Translations under genes and position numbers: made by a program
The notes under the pieces: model-generated
Databases searched by the model: none
Told to the model about the DNA's origin: nothing
Seen by the model: only the letters and a program-made list of their open reading frames with translations
Assembly (NCBI GenBank): GCA_964016885.1
Contig: OZ024745.1
Coordinates: 91,512,001 to 91,576,000 of the forward strand
Source: Eledone cirrhosa
Taxonomy: Eukaryota
Direction of reading: 5' to 3'
DNA length: 64,000 nucleotides
Part shown: one piece after another, positions 37,201-52,200 of the stretch
How positions within the stretch are numbered: position 1 is the first letter of the stretch
Layout: every line of letters begins with the position of its first letter

Positions 37201-40200
37201 CAGCTCCACCTGATACAGTAAGTTATATTACTCTGCCTGAGTATCAAATAGCTTCACTAGATACAGTAAGTTATATTACACTGCCTGAGTATCAAACAGC
37301 TCCACTAGGTACAGTAAGTTATATTACTCTGCCTGAGTATCAAACAGTTCCACTAGATGCAGTAAGTTATATTACTCTGCCTGAGTATCAAACAACTCCA
37401 CTAGATACAGTAAGTTATATTACTCTGCCTGAGTATCAAACAGCTCCACTAGATACAGTAAGTTATATTACTCTGTCTGAGTATCAAACAGCTCCACTAG
37501 ATACAGTAAGTTATATTACTCTGACTGAGTATCAAACAGCTCCACTAGATACAGTAAGTTATATTACTCTGCCTGAGTATCAAACAGCTCCACTAGATAC
37601 AGTAAGTTATGTTACTCTGCCTGAGTATCAAACAGCTCCACTAGATGCAGTAAGTTATATTACTCTGCCTGAGTATCAAACAGCTCCACTAGATACAGTA
37701 AGTTATATTACTCTGTCTGAGTATCAAACAGCTCCACTAGATACAGTAAGTTATATTACTCTGTCTGAGTATCAAACAGCTCCACTAGATACAGTAAGTT
37801 ATGTTACTCTGCCTGAGTATCAAACAGCTCCACTACATACAGTAAGTTATATTACTCTGCCTGAGTATCAAACAGCTCCACTAGATACAGTAAGTTATAT
37901 TACTCTGCCTGAGTATCAAACAGCTCCACTAGATACAGTAAGTTATATTACTCTGCCTGAGTATCAAACAGCTCCCCTAGATACGGTAAGTTATATTACT
38001 CTGCCTGAGTATCAAACAGCTCCACTAGATACAGTAAGTTATATTACTCTGCCTGAGTATCAAATAGCTTCACTAGATACAGTAAGTTATATTACACTGC
38101 CTGAGTATCAAACAGCTCCACTAGGTACAGTAAGTTATATTACTCTGCCTGAGTATCAAACAGCTCCACTAGATACAGTAAGTTATATTACTCTGCCTGA
38201 GTATCAAATAGCTTCACTAGATACAGTAAGTTATATTACACTGCCTGAGTATCAAACAGCTCCACTAGGTACAGTAAGTTATATTACTCTGCCTGAGTAT
38301 CAAATAGCTTCACTAGATACAGTAAGTTATATTACACTGCCTGAGTATCAAACAGCTCCACTAGGTACAGTAAGTTATATTACTCTGCCTGAGTATCAAA
38401 CAGTTCCACTAGATGCAGTAAGTTATATTACTCTGCCTGAGTATCAAACAACTCCACTAGATACAGTAAGTTATATTACTCTGCCTGAGTACCAAACAGC
38501 TCCACTAGATACAGTAAGTTATATTACTCTGCCTGAGTATCAAACAGCTCCCCTAGATACGGTAAGTTATATTACTCTGCCTGAGTATCAAACAGCTCCA
38601 CTAGATACAGTAAGTTATATTACTCTGTCTGAGTATCAAACAGCTCCACTAGATACAGTAAGTTATATTACTCTGCCTGAGTATCAAACAGCTCCACTAG
38701 ATACAGTAAGTTATATTACTCTGCCTGAGTATCAAATAGCTTCACTAGATACAGTAAGTTATATTACACTGCCTGAGTATCAAACAGCTCCACTAGGTAC
38801 AGTAAGTTATATTACTCTGTCTGAGTATCAAACAGCTCCACTAGATACAGTAAGTTATATTACTCTGTCTGAGTATCAAACACCTCCACTAGATACAGTA
38901 AGTTATATTACTCTGTCTGAGTATCAAACAGCTCCACTAGATACAGTAAGTTATATTACTCTGCCTGAGTATCAAACAGCTCCCCTAGATACGGTAAGTT
39001 ATATTACTCTGCCTGAGTATCAAACAGCTCCACTAGATACAGTAAGTTATATTACTCTGTCTGAGTATCAAACAGCTCCACTAGATACAGTAAGTTATAT
39101 TACTCTGCCTGAGTATCAAACAGCTCCACTAGATACAGTAAGTTATATTACTCTGCCTGAGTATCAAATAGCTTCACTAGATACAGTAAGTTATATTACA
39201 CTGCCTGAGTATCAAACAGCTCCACTAGGTACAGTAAGTTATATTACTCTGTCTGAGTATCAAACAGCTCCACTAGATACAGTAAGTTATATTACTCTGT
39301 CTGAGTATCAAACACCTCCACTAGATACAGTAAGTTATATTACTCTGTCTGAGTATCAAACAGCTCCACTAGATACAGTAAGTTATATTACTCTGTCTGA
39401 GTATCAAACACCTCCACTAGATACAGTAAGTTATATTTCTCTGTCTGAGTATCAAACAGCTCCACTAGATACAGTAAGTTATATTACTCTGTCTGAGTAT
39501 CAAACAGCTCCACTAGGTACAGTAAGTTATATTACTCTGCCTGAGTATCAAATAGCTTCACTAGATACAGTAAGTTATATTACACTGCCTGAGTATCAAA
39601 CAGCTCCACTAGGTACAGTAAGTTATATTACTCTGCCTGAGTATCAAACAGTTTCACTAGATGCAGTAAGTTATATTACTCTGCCTGAGTATCAAACAAC
39701 TCCACTAGATACAGTAAGTTATATTACTCTGCCTGAGTATCAAACAGCTCCACTAGATACAATAAGTTATATTTCTCTCTGAGTATCAAACAGCTCCACT
39801 AGATACAGTAAGTTATATTACTCTGTCTGAGTATCAAACAGCTCCACTAGATACAGTAAGTTATATTACTCTGCCTGAGTATCAAACAGCTCCACTACAT
39901 ACAGTAAGTTATATTACTCTGCCTGAGTATCAAACAGCTCCACTAGATACAGTAAGTTATATTACTCTGCCTGAGTATCAAACAATTCCACTAGATACAG
40001 TAAGTTATATTACTCTGCCTGAGTATCAAACAGCTCCACTAGATACAGTAAGTTATATTACTCTGTCTGAGTATCAAACAGCTCCACTAGGTACAGTAAG
40101 TTATATTACTCTGCCTGAGTATCAAACAGCTCCACTAGATACAGTAAGTTATATTACTCTGCCTGAGTATCAAATAGCTTCACTAGATACAGTAAGTTAT

Positions 40201-43200
40201 ATTACACTGCCTGAGTATGAAACAGCTCCACTAGGTACAGTAAGTTATATTACTCTGCCTGAGTATCAAATAGCTTCACTAGATACAGTAAGTTATATTA
40301 CACTGCCTGAGTATCAAACAGCTCCACTAGGTACAGTAAGTTATATTACTCTGCCTGAGTATCAAACAGTTCCACTAGATGCAGTAAGTTATATTACTCT
40401 GCCTGAGTATCAAACAACTCCACTAGATACAGTAAGTTATATTACTCTGCCTGTGTATCAAACAACTCCACTAGATACAGTAAGTTATATTACTCTGCCT
40501 GTGTATCAAACAGCTCCACTAGATACAGTAAGTTATATTACTCTGCCTGAGTATCAAATAGCTTCACTAGATACAGTAAGTTATATTACACTGCCTGAGT
40601 ATCAAACAGCTCCACTAGGTACAGTAAGTTATATTACTCTGCCTGAGTATCAAATAGCTTCACTAGATACAGTAAGTTATATTACACTGCCTGAGTATCA
40701 AACAGCTCCACTAGGTACAGTAAGTTATATTACTCTGCCTGAGTATCAAACAGTTCCACTAGATGCAGTAAGTTATATTACTCTGTCTGAGTATCAAACA
40801 GCTCCACTAGGTACAGTAAGTTATATTACTCTGCCTGAGTATCAAACAGCTCCACTAGATACAGTAAGTTATATTACTCTGCCTGAGTATCAAATAGCTT
40901 CACTAGATACAGTAAGTTATATTACACTGCCTGAGTATCAAACAGCTCCACTAGGTACAGTTAGTTATATTACTCTGCCTGAGTATCAAACAGTTCCACT
41001 AGATGCAGTAAGTTATATTACTCTGCCTGAGTATCAAACAACTCCACTAGATACAGTAAGTTATATTACTCTGCCTGAGTATCAAACAGCTCCACTAGAT
41101 ACAGTAAGTTATATTACTCTGTCTGAGTATCAAACAGCTCCACTAGATACAGTAAGTTATATTACTCTGACTGAGTATCAAACAGCTCCACTAGATACAG
41201 TAAGTTATATTACTCTGCCTGAGTATCAAACAGCTCCACTAGATACAGTAAGTTATGTTACTCTGCCTGAGTATCAAACAGCTCCACTAGATGCAGTAAG
41301 TTATATTACTCTGCCTGAGTATCAAACAGCTCCACTAGATACAGTAAGTTATATTACTCTGTCTGAGTATCAAACAGCTCCACTAGATACAGTAAGTTAT
41401 ATTACTCTGTCTGAGTATCAAACAGCTCCACTAGATACAGTAAGTTATATTACTCTGTCTGAGTATCAAACAGCTCCACTAGATACAGTAAGTTATATTA
41501 CTCTGTCTGAGTATCAAACACCTCCACCAGATACAGTAAGTTATATTACTCTGTCTGAGTATCAAACAGCTCCACCAGATACAGTAAGTTATATTACTCT
41601 GCCTGAGTATCAAATAGCTTCACTAGATACAGTAAGTTATATTACACTGCCTGAGTATCAAACAGCTCCACTAGGTACAGTAAGTTATATTACTCTGCCT
41701 GAGTATCAAACAGTTCCACTAGATGCAGTAAGTTATATTACTCTGCCTGAGTATCAAACAACTCCACTAGATACAGTAAGTTATATTACTCTGCCTGTGT
41801 ATCAAACAGCTCCACTAGATACAGTAAGTTATATTACTCTGCCTGAGTATCAAATAGCTTCACTAGATACAGTAAGTTATATTACACTGCCTGAGTATCA
41901 AACAGCTCCACTAGGTACAGTAAGTTATATTACTCTGCCTGAGTATCAAATAGCTTCACTAGATACAGTAAGTTATATTACACTGCCTGAGTATCAAACA
42001 GCTCCACTAGGTACAGTAAGTTATATTACTCTGCCTGAGTATCAAACAGTTCCACTAGATGCAGTAAGTTATATTACTCTGCCTGAGTATCAAACAGCTC
42101 CACTAGATACAGTAAGTTATATTACTCTGCCTGAGTATCAAACAGCTCCACTAGATACAGTAAGTTATATTACTCTGCCTGAGTATCAAACAGCTCCACT
42201 AGATACAGTAAGTTATATTACTCTGTCTGAGTATCAAACAGCTCCACTAGGTACAGTAAGTTATATTACTCTGCCTGAGTATCAAACAGCTCCACTAGAT
42301 ACAGTAAGTTATATTACTCTGCCTGAGTATCAAATAGCTTCACTAGATACAGTAAGTTATATTACACTGCCTGAGTATCAAACAGCTCCACTAGGTACAG
42401 TAAGTTATATTACTCTGCCTGAGTATCAAATAGCTTCACTAGATACAGTAAGTTATATTACACTGCCTGAGTATCAAACAGCTCCACTAGGTACAGTAAG
42501 TTATATTACTCTGCCTGAGTATCAAACAGTTCCACTAGATGCAGTAAGTTATATTACTCTGCCTGAGTATCAAACAACTCCACTAGATACAGTAAGTTAT
42601 ATTACTCTGCCTGTGTATCAAACAGCTCCACTAGATACAGTAAGTTATATTACTCTGCCTGAGTATCAAATAGCTTCACTAGATACAGTAAGTTATATTA
42701 CACTGCCTGAGTATCAAACAGCTCCACTAGGTACAGTAAGTTATATTACTCTGCCTGAGTATCAAATAGCTTCACTAGATACAGTAAGTTATATTACACT
42801 GCCTGAGTATCAAACAGCTCCACTAGGTACAGTAAGTTATATTACTCTGCCTGAGTATCAAACAGTTCCACTAGATGCAGTAAGTTATATTACTCTGCCT
42901 GAGTATCAAACAACTCCACTAGATACAGTAAGTTATATTACTCTGCCTGAGTATCAAACAGCTCCACTAGATACAGTAAGTTATATTACTCTGCCTGAGT
43001 ATCAAACAGCTCCACTAGATACAGTAAGTTATATTACTCTGTCTGAGTATCAAACAGCTCCACTAGATACAGTAAGTTATATTACTCTGCCTGAGTATCA
43101 AACAGCTCCCCTAGATACGGTAAGTTATATTACTCTGCCTGAGTATCAAACAGCTCCACTAGATACAGTAAGTTATATTACTCTGTCTGAGTATCAAACA

Positions 43201-46200
43201 GCTCCACTAGATACAGTAAGTTATATTACTCTGCCTGAGTATCAAACAGCTCCACTAGATACAGTAAGTTATATTACTCTGCCTGAGTATCAAATAGCTT
43301 CACTAGATACAGTAAGTTATATTACACTGCCTGAGTATCAAACAGCTCCACTAGGTACAGTAAGTTATATTACTCTGTCTGAGTATCAAACAGCTCCACT
43401 AGATACAGTAAGTTATATTACTCTGTCTGAGTATCAAACACCTCCACTAGATACAGTAAGTTATATTACTCTGTCTGAGTATCAAACAGCTCCACTAGAT
43501 ACAGTAAGTTATATTACTCTGTCTGAGTATCAAACACCTCCACTAGATACAGTAAGTTATATTTCTCTGTCTGAGTATCAAACAGCTCCACTAGATACAG
43601 TAAGTTATATTACTCTGTCTGAGTATCAAACAGCTCCACTAGGTACAGTAAGTTATATTACTCTGCCTGAGTATCAAATAGCTTCACTAGATACAGTAAG
43701 TTATATTACACTGCCTGAGTATCAAACAGCTCCACTAGGTACAGTAAGTTATATTACTCTGCCTGAGTATCAAACAGTTTCACTAGATGCAGTAAGTTAT
43801 ATTACTCTGCCTGAGTATCAAACAACTCCACTAGATACAGTAAGTTATATTACTCTGCCTGAGTATCAAACAGCTCCACTAGATACAATAAGTTATATTT
43901 CTCTCTGAGTATCAAACAGCTCCACTAGATACAGTAAGTTATATTACTCTGTCTGAGTATCAAACAGCTCCACTAGATACAGTAAGTTATATTACTCTGC
44001 CTGAGTATCAAACAGCTCCACTACATACAGTAAGTTATATTACTCTGCCTGAGTATCAAACAGCTCCACTAGATACAGTAAGTTATATTACTCTGCCTGA
44101 GTATCAAACAATTCCACTAGATACAGTAAGTTATATTACTCTGCCTGAGTATCAAACAGCTCCACTAGATACAGTAAGTTATATTACTCTGTCTGAGTAT
44201 CAAACAGCTCCACTAGGTACAGTAAGTTATATTACTCTGCCTGAGTATCAAACAGCTCCACTAGATACAGTAAGTTATATTACTCTGCCTGAGTATCAAA
44301 TAGCTTCACTAGATACAGTAAGTTATATTACACTGCCTGAGTATCAAACAGCTCCACTAGGTACAGTAAGTTATATTACTCTGCCTGAGTATCAAACAGT
44401 TCCACTAGATGCAGTAAGTTATATTACTCTGCCTGAGTATCAAACAACTCCACTAGATACAGTAAGTTATATTACTCTGCCTGTGTATCAAACAACTCCA
44501 CTAGATACAGTAAGTTATATTACTCTGCCTGTGTATCAAACAGCTCCACTAGATACAGTAAGTTATATTACTCTGCCTGAGTATCAAATAGCTTCACTAG
44601 ATACAGTAAGTTATATTACACTGCCTGAGTATCAAACAGCTCCACTAGGTACAGTAAGTTATATTACTCTGCCTGAGTATCAAATAGCTTCACTAGATAC
44701 AGTAAGTTATATTACACTGCCTGAGTATCAAACAGCTCCACTAGGTACAGTAAGTTATATTACTCTGCCTGAGTATCAAACAGTTCCACTAGATGCAGTA
44801 AGTTATATTACTCTGTCTGAGTATCAAACAGCTCCACTAGGTACAGTAAGTTATATTACTCTGCCTGAGTATCAAACAGCTCCACTAGATACAGTAAGTT
44901 ATATTACTCTGCCTGAGTATCAAATAGCTTCACTAGATACAGTAAGTTATATTACACTGCCTGAGTATCAAACAGCTCCACTAGGTACAGTAAGTTATAT
45001 TACTCTGCCTGAGTATCAAACAGTTCCACTAGATGCAGTAAGTTATATTACTCTGCCTGAGTATCAAACAACTCCACTAGATACAGTAAGTTATATTACT
45101 CTGCCTGAGTATCAAACAGCTCCACTAGATACAGTAAGTTATATTACTCTGTCTGAGTATCAAACAGCTCCACTAGATACAGTAAGTTATATTACTCTGA
45201 CTGAGTATCAAACAGCTCCACTAGATACAGTAAGTTATATTACTCTGCCTGAGTATCAAACAGCTCCACTAGATACAGTAAGTTATGTTACTCTGCCTGA
45301 GTATCAAACAGCTCCACTAGATGCAGTAAGTTATATTACTCTGCCTGAGTATCAAACAGCTCCACTAGATACAGTAAGTTATATTACTCTGTCTGAGTAT
45401 CAAACAGCTCCACTAGATACAGTAAGTTATATTACTCTGTCTGAGTATCAAACAGCTCCACTAGATACAGTAAGTTATATTACTCTGTCTGAGTATCAAA
45501 CAGCTCCACTAGATACAGTAAGTTATATTACTCTGTCTGAGTATCAAACACCTCCACTAGATACAGTAAGTTATATTACTCTGTCTGAGTATCAAACAGC
45601 TCCACCAGATACAGTAAGTTATATTACTCTGCCTGAGTATCAAATAGCTTCACTAGATACAGTAAGTTATATTACACTGCCTGAGTATCAAACAGCTCCA
45701 CTAGGTACAGTAAGTTATATTACTCTGCCTGAGTATCAAACAGTTCCACTAGATGCAGTAAGTTATATTACTCTGCCTGAGTATCAAACAACTCCACTAG
45801 ATACAGTAAGTTATATTACTCTGCCTGTGTATCAAACAGCTCCACTAGATACAGTAAGTTATATTACTCTGCCTGAGTATCAAATAGCTTCACTAGATAC
45901 AGTAAGTTATATTACACTGCCTGAGTATCAAACAGCTCCACTAGGTACAGTAAGTTATATTACTCTGCCTGAGTATCAAATAGCTTCACTAGATACAGTA
46001 AGTTATATTACACTGCCTGAGTATCAAACAGCTCCACTAGGTACAGTAAGTTATATTACTCTGCCTGAGTATCAAACAGTTCCACTAGATGCAGTAAGTT
46101 ATATTACTCTGCCTGAGTATCAAACGGCTCCACTAGATACAGTAAGTTATATTACTCTGCCTGAGTATCAAACAGCTCCACTAGATACAGTAAGTTATAT

Positions 46201-49200
46201 TACTCTGCCTGAGTATCAAACAGCTCCACTAGATACAGTAAGTTATATTACTCTGTCTGAGTATCAAACAGCTCCACTAGATACAGTAAGTTATATTACT
46301 CTGACTGAGTATCAAACACCTCCACTAGATACAGTAAGTTATATTACTCTGTCTGAGTATCAAACAGCTCCACCAGATACAGTAAGTTATATTACTCTGC
46401 CTGAGTATCAAATAGCTTCACTAGATACAGTAAGTTATATTACACTGCCTGAGTATCAAACAGCTCCACTAGGTACAGTAAGTTATATTACTCTGCCTGA
46501 GTATCAAACAGTTCCACTAGATGCAGTAAGTTATATTACTCTGCCTGAGTATCAAACAACTCCACTAGATACAGTAAGTTATATTACTCTGCCTGTGTAT
46601 CAAACAGCTCCACTAGATACAGTAAGTTATATTACTCTGCCTGAGTATCAAATAGCTTCACTAGATACAGTAAGTTATATTACACTGCCTGAGTATCAAA
46701 CAGCTCCACTAGGTACAGTAAGTTATATTACTCTGCCTGAGTATCAAATAGCTTCACTAGATACAGTAAGTTATATTACACTGCCTGAGTATCAAACAGC
46801 TCCACTAGGTACAGTAAGTTATATTACTCTGCCTGAGTATCAAACAGTTCCACTAGATGCAGTAAGTTATATTACTCTGCCTGAGTATCAAACAGCTCCA
46901 CTAGATACAGTAAGTTATATTACTCTGCCTGAGTATCAAACAGCTCCACTAGATACAGTAAGTTATATTACTCTGCCTGAGTATCAAACAGCTCCACTAG
47001 ATACAGTAAGTTATATTACTCTGTCTGAGTATCAAACAGCTCCACTAGGTACAGTAAGTTATATTACTCTGCCTGAGTATCAAACAGCTCCACTAGATAC
47101 AGTAAGTTATATTACTCTGCCTGAGTATCAAATAGCTTCACTAGATACAGTAAGTTATATTACACTGCCTGAGTATCAAACAGCTCCACTAGGTACAGTA
47201 AGTTATATTACTCTGCCTGAGTATCAAATAGCTTCACTAGATACAGTAAGTTATATTACACTGCCTGAGTATCAAACAGCTCCACTAGGTACAGTAAGTT
47301 ATATTACTCTGCCTGAGTATCAAACAGTTCCACTAGATGCAGTAAGTTATATTACTCTGCCTGAGTATCAAACAACTCCACTAGATACAGTAAGTTATAT
47401 TACTCTGCCTGTGTATCAAACAGCTCCACTAGATACAGTAAGTTATATTACTCTGCCTGAGTATCAAATAGCTTCACTAGATACAGTAAGTTATATTACA
47501 CTGCCTGAGTATCAAACAGCTCCACTAGGTACAGTAAGTTATATTACTCTGCCTGAGTATCAAATAGCTTCACTAGATACAGTAAGTTATATTACACTGC
47601 CTGAGTATCAAACAGCTCCACTAGGTACAGTAAGTTATATTACTCTGCCTGAGTATCAAACAGTTCCACTAGATGCAGTAAGTTATATTACTCTGCCTGA
47701 GTATCAAACAACTCCACTAGATACAGTAAGTTATATTACTCTGCCTGAGTATCAAACAGCTCCACTAGATACAGTAAGTTATATTACTCTGCCTGAGTAT
47801 CAAACAGCTCCACTAGATACAGTAAGTTATATTACTCTGTCTGAGTATCAAACAGCTCCACTAGATACAGTAAGTTATATTACTCTGACTGAGTATCAAA
47901 CAGCTCCACTAGATACAGTAAGTTATATTACTCTGCCTGAGTATCAAACAGCTCCACTAGATACGGTAAGTTATGTTACTCTGCCTGAGTATCAAACAGC
48001 TCCACTAGATGCAGTAAGTTATATTACTCTGCCTGAGTATCAAACAGCTCCACTAGATACAGTAAGTTATATTACTCTGTCTGAGTATCAAACAGCTCCA
48101 CTAGATACAGTAAGTTATATTACTCTGTCTGAGTATCAAACAGCTCCACTAGATACAGTAAGTTATATTACTCTGTCTGAGTATCAAACAGCTCCACTAG
48201 ATAAAGTAAGTTATATTACTCTGTCTGAGTATCAAACACCTCCACTAGATACAGTAAGTTATATTACTCTGTCTGAGTATCAAACAGCTCCACCAGATAC
48301 AGTAAGTTATATTACTCTGTCTGAGTATCAAACAGCTCCACTAGATACAGTAAGTTATATTACTCTGCCTGAGTATCAAACAGCTCCACTAGATACAGTA
48401 AGTTATATTACTCTGCCTGAGTATCAAACAGCTCCACTAGATACAGTAAGTTATATTACTCTGTCTGAGTATCAAACAGCTCCACTAGATACAGTAAGTT
48501 ATATTACTCTGCCTGAGTATCAAACAGCTCCACTAGATACAGTAAGTTATATTACTCTGTCTGAGTATCAAACAGCTCCCCTAGATACAGTAAGTTATAT
48601 TACTCTGTCTGAGTATCAAACATCTCCCCTAGATACAGTAAGTTATATTACTCTGCCTGAGTATCAAACAGCTCCACTAGATACAGTAAGTTATATTACT
48701 CCGCCTGAGTATCAAACAGCTCCACTACATACAGTAAGTTATATTACTCTGCCTGAGTATCAAACAGCTCCCCTAGATACGGTAAGTTATATTCCTCTGT
48801 CTGAGTATCAAACAGCTCCACTAGATACAGTAAGTTATATTACTCTGTCTGAGTATCAAACAGCTCCACTAGATACAGTAAGTTATATTACTCTGCCTGA
48901 GCATCAAACAGCTCCACTAGATACAGTAAGTTATATTACTCTGCCTGAGTATCAAACAGCTCCACTAGATACAGTAAGTTATATTACTCTGTCTGAGTAT
49001 CAAACACCTCCACTAGATACAGTAAGTTATATTACTCTGCCTGAGTATCAAACAGCTCCACTAGATACAGTAAGTTATATTACTCTGCCTGAGTATCAAA
49101 CAGCTCCTTTAGATACAGTAAGTTATATTACTCTGCCTGAGTATCAAATTGCTCCACTAGATACAGTAAGTTATATTACTCTGTCTGAGTATCAAACAGC

Positions 49201-52200
49201 TCCACTAGGTACAGTAAGTTATATTACTCTGTCTGAGTATCAAACAGCTCCTTTAGATACAGTAAGTTATATTACTCTGCCTGAGTATCAAATTGCTCCA
49301 CTAGATACAGTAAGTTATATTACTCTGCCTGAGTATCAAACAGCTCCACTAGGTACAGTATGTTATGTTACTCTGCCTGAGTATCAAACAGCTCCACTAG
49401 ATGCAGTAAGTTATATTACTCTGTCTGAGTATCAAACAGCTCCACTAGATACAGTAAGTTATATTACTCTGTCTGAGTATCAAACAGCTCCACTAGATAC
49501 AGTAAGTTATATTACTCTGTCTGAGTATCAAACAGCTCCACTAGATACAGTAAGTTATATTACTCTGCCTGAGTATCAAACAGCTCCACTAGATACAGTA
49601 AGTTATATTACTCTGTCTGAGTATCAAACAGCTCCACTAGATACTGTAAGTTATATTACTCTGTCTGAGTATCAAACAGCTCCACTAGATACAGTAAGTT
49701 ATATTACTCTGTCTGAGTATCAAACACCTCCACTAGATACAGTAAGTTATATTACTCTGCCTGAGTATCAAACAGCTCCACTAGATACAGTAAGTTATAT
49801 TACTCTGTCTGAGTATCAAACAGCTCCACTAGATACAGTAAGTTATATTACTCTGTCTGAGTATCAAACACCTCCACTAGATACAGTAAGTTATATTACT
49901 CTGTCTGAGTATCAAACAGCTCCACTAGATACAGTAAGTTATATTACTCTGTCTGAGTATCAAACAGCTCCACTAGATACAGTAAGTTATATTACTCTGT
50001 ATGAGTATCAAACAGCTCCACTACATACAGTAAGTTATATTACTCTGTCTGAGTATCAAACAGCTCCACTAGATACAGTAAGTTATATTACTCTGTCTGA
50101 GTATCAAACAGCTCCACTAGATGCAGTAAGTTATATTACTCTGCCTGAGTATCAAACAACTCCACTAGATACAGTAAGTTATATTACTCTGCCTGAGTAT
50201 CAAACAGCTCCACTAGATACAGTAAGTTATATTACTCTGCCTGAGTATCAAACAGCTCCACTAGATACAGTAAGTTATATTACTCTGTCTGAGTATCAAA
50301 CAGCTCCACTAGATACAGTAAGTTATATTACTCTGTCTGAGTATCAAACAGCTCCACTAGATACAGTAAGTTATATTACTCTGCCTGAGTATCAAACAGC
50401 TCCACTAGATACAGTAAGTTAATTTACTCTGTCTGAGTATCAAATAGCTCCACTAGATACAGTAAGTTATATTACTCTGCCTGAGTATCAAACAGCTCCA
50501 CTAGATACAGTAAGTTATATTACTCTGCCTGAGTATCAAACAGCTCCACTAGATACAGTAAGTTATATTACTCTGCCTGAGTATCAAACAGCTCCACTAG
50601 ATACAGTAAGTTATATTACTCTGTCTGAGTATCAAACACCTCCACTAGATACAGTAAGTTATATTACTCTGCCTGAGTATCAAACAGCTCCACTAGATAC
50701 AGTAAGTTATATTACTCTGCCTGAGTATCAAACAGCTCCACTAGATACAGTAAGTTATATTACTCTGTCTGAGTATCAAACAGCTCCACTAGATACAGTA
50801 AGTTATATTACTCTGCCTGAGTATCAAACAGCTCCACTACATACAGTAAGTTATATTACTCTGCCTGAGTATCAAACAGCTCCACTAGATACAGTAAGTT
50901 ATATTACTCTGCCTGAGTATCAAACAGCTCCACTAGATACAGTAAGTTATATTACTCTGTCTGAGTATCAAATAGCTCCACTAGATACAGTAAGTTATAT
51001 TACTCTGTCTGAGTATCAAACAGCTCCACTAGGTACAGTAAGTTATATTACTCTGTCTGAGTATCAAACAGCTCCTTTAGATACAGTAAGTTATATTACT
51101 CTGCCTGAGTATCAAATTGCTCCACTAGATACAGTAAGTTATATTACTCTGCCTGAGTATCAAACAGCTCCACTAGGTACAGTATGTTATGTTACTCTGC
51201 CTGAGTATCAAACAGCTCCACTAGATGCAGTAAGTTATATTACTCTGTCTGAGTATCAAACAGCTCCACTAGATACAGTAAGTTATATTACTCTGTCTGA
51301 GTATCAAACAACTCCACTAGATACAGTAAGTTATATTACTCTGTCTGAGTATCAAACAGCTCCACTAGATACAGTAAGTTATATTACTCTGCCTGAGTAT
51401 CAAACAGCTCCACTAGATACAGTAAGTTATATTACTCTGTCTGAGTATCAAACAGCTCCACTAGATACTGTAAGTTATATTACTCTGTCTGAGTATCAAA
51501 CAGCTCCACTAGATACAGTAAGTTATATTACTCTGTCTGAGTATCAAACACCTCCACTAGATACAGTAAGTTATATTACTCTGCCTGAGTATCAAACAGC
51601 TCCACTAGATACAGTAAGTTATATTACTCTGTCTGAGTATCAAACAGCTCCACTAGATACAGTAAGTTATATTACTCTGTCTGAGTATCAAACACCTCCA
51701 CTAGATACAGTAAGTTATATTACTCTGTCTGAGTATCAAACAGCTCCACTAGATACAGTAAGTTATATTACTCTGTCTGAGTATCAAACAGCTCCACTAG
51801 ATACAGTAAGTTATATTACTCTGTATGAGTATCAAACAGCTCCACTACATACAGTAAGTTATATTACTCTGTCTGAGTATCAAACAGCTCCACTAGATAC
51901 AGTAAGTTATATTACTCTGTCTGAGTATCAAACAGCTCCACTAGATGCAGTAAGTTATATTACTCTGCCTGAGTATCAAACAACTCCACTAGATACAGTA
52001 AGTTATATTACTCTGCCTGAGTATCAAACAGCTCCACTAGATACAGTAAGTTATATTACTCTGCCTGAGTATCAAACAGCTCCACTAGATACAGTAAGTT
52101 ATATTACTCTGTCTGAGTATCAAACAGCTCCACTAGATACAGTAAGTTATATTACTCTGTCTGAGTATCAAACAGCTCCACTAGATACAGTAAGTTATAT

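Noticed and set aside
25629-50422. Six giant ORFs (799-1979 aa) of (EYQTAPLDTVSYITLP)n
   Set aside because: The open frame follows automatically from a stop-free 48-bp unit. The starts are GTG variants of GAG, not ATG. The ends are recurrent 2-bp deletions or a TAA variant. There is no independent evidence of a protein gene.
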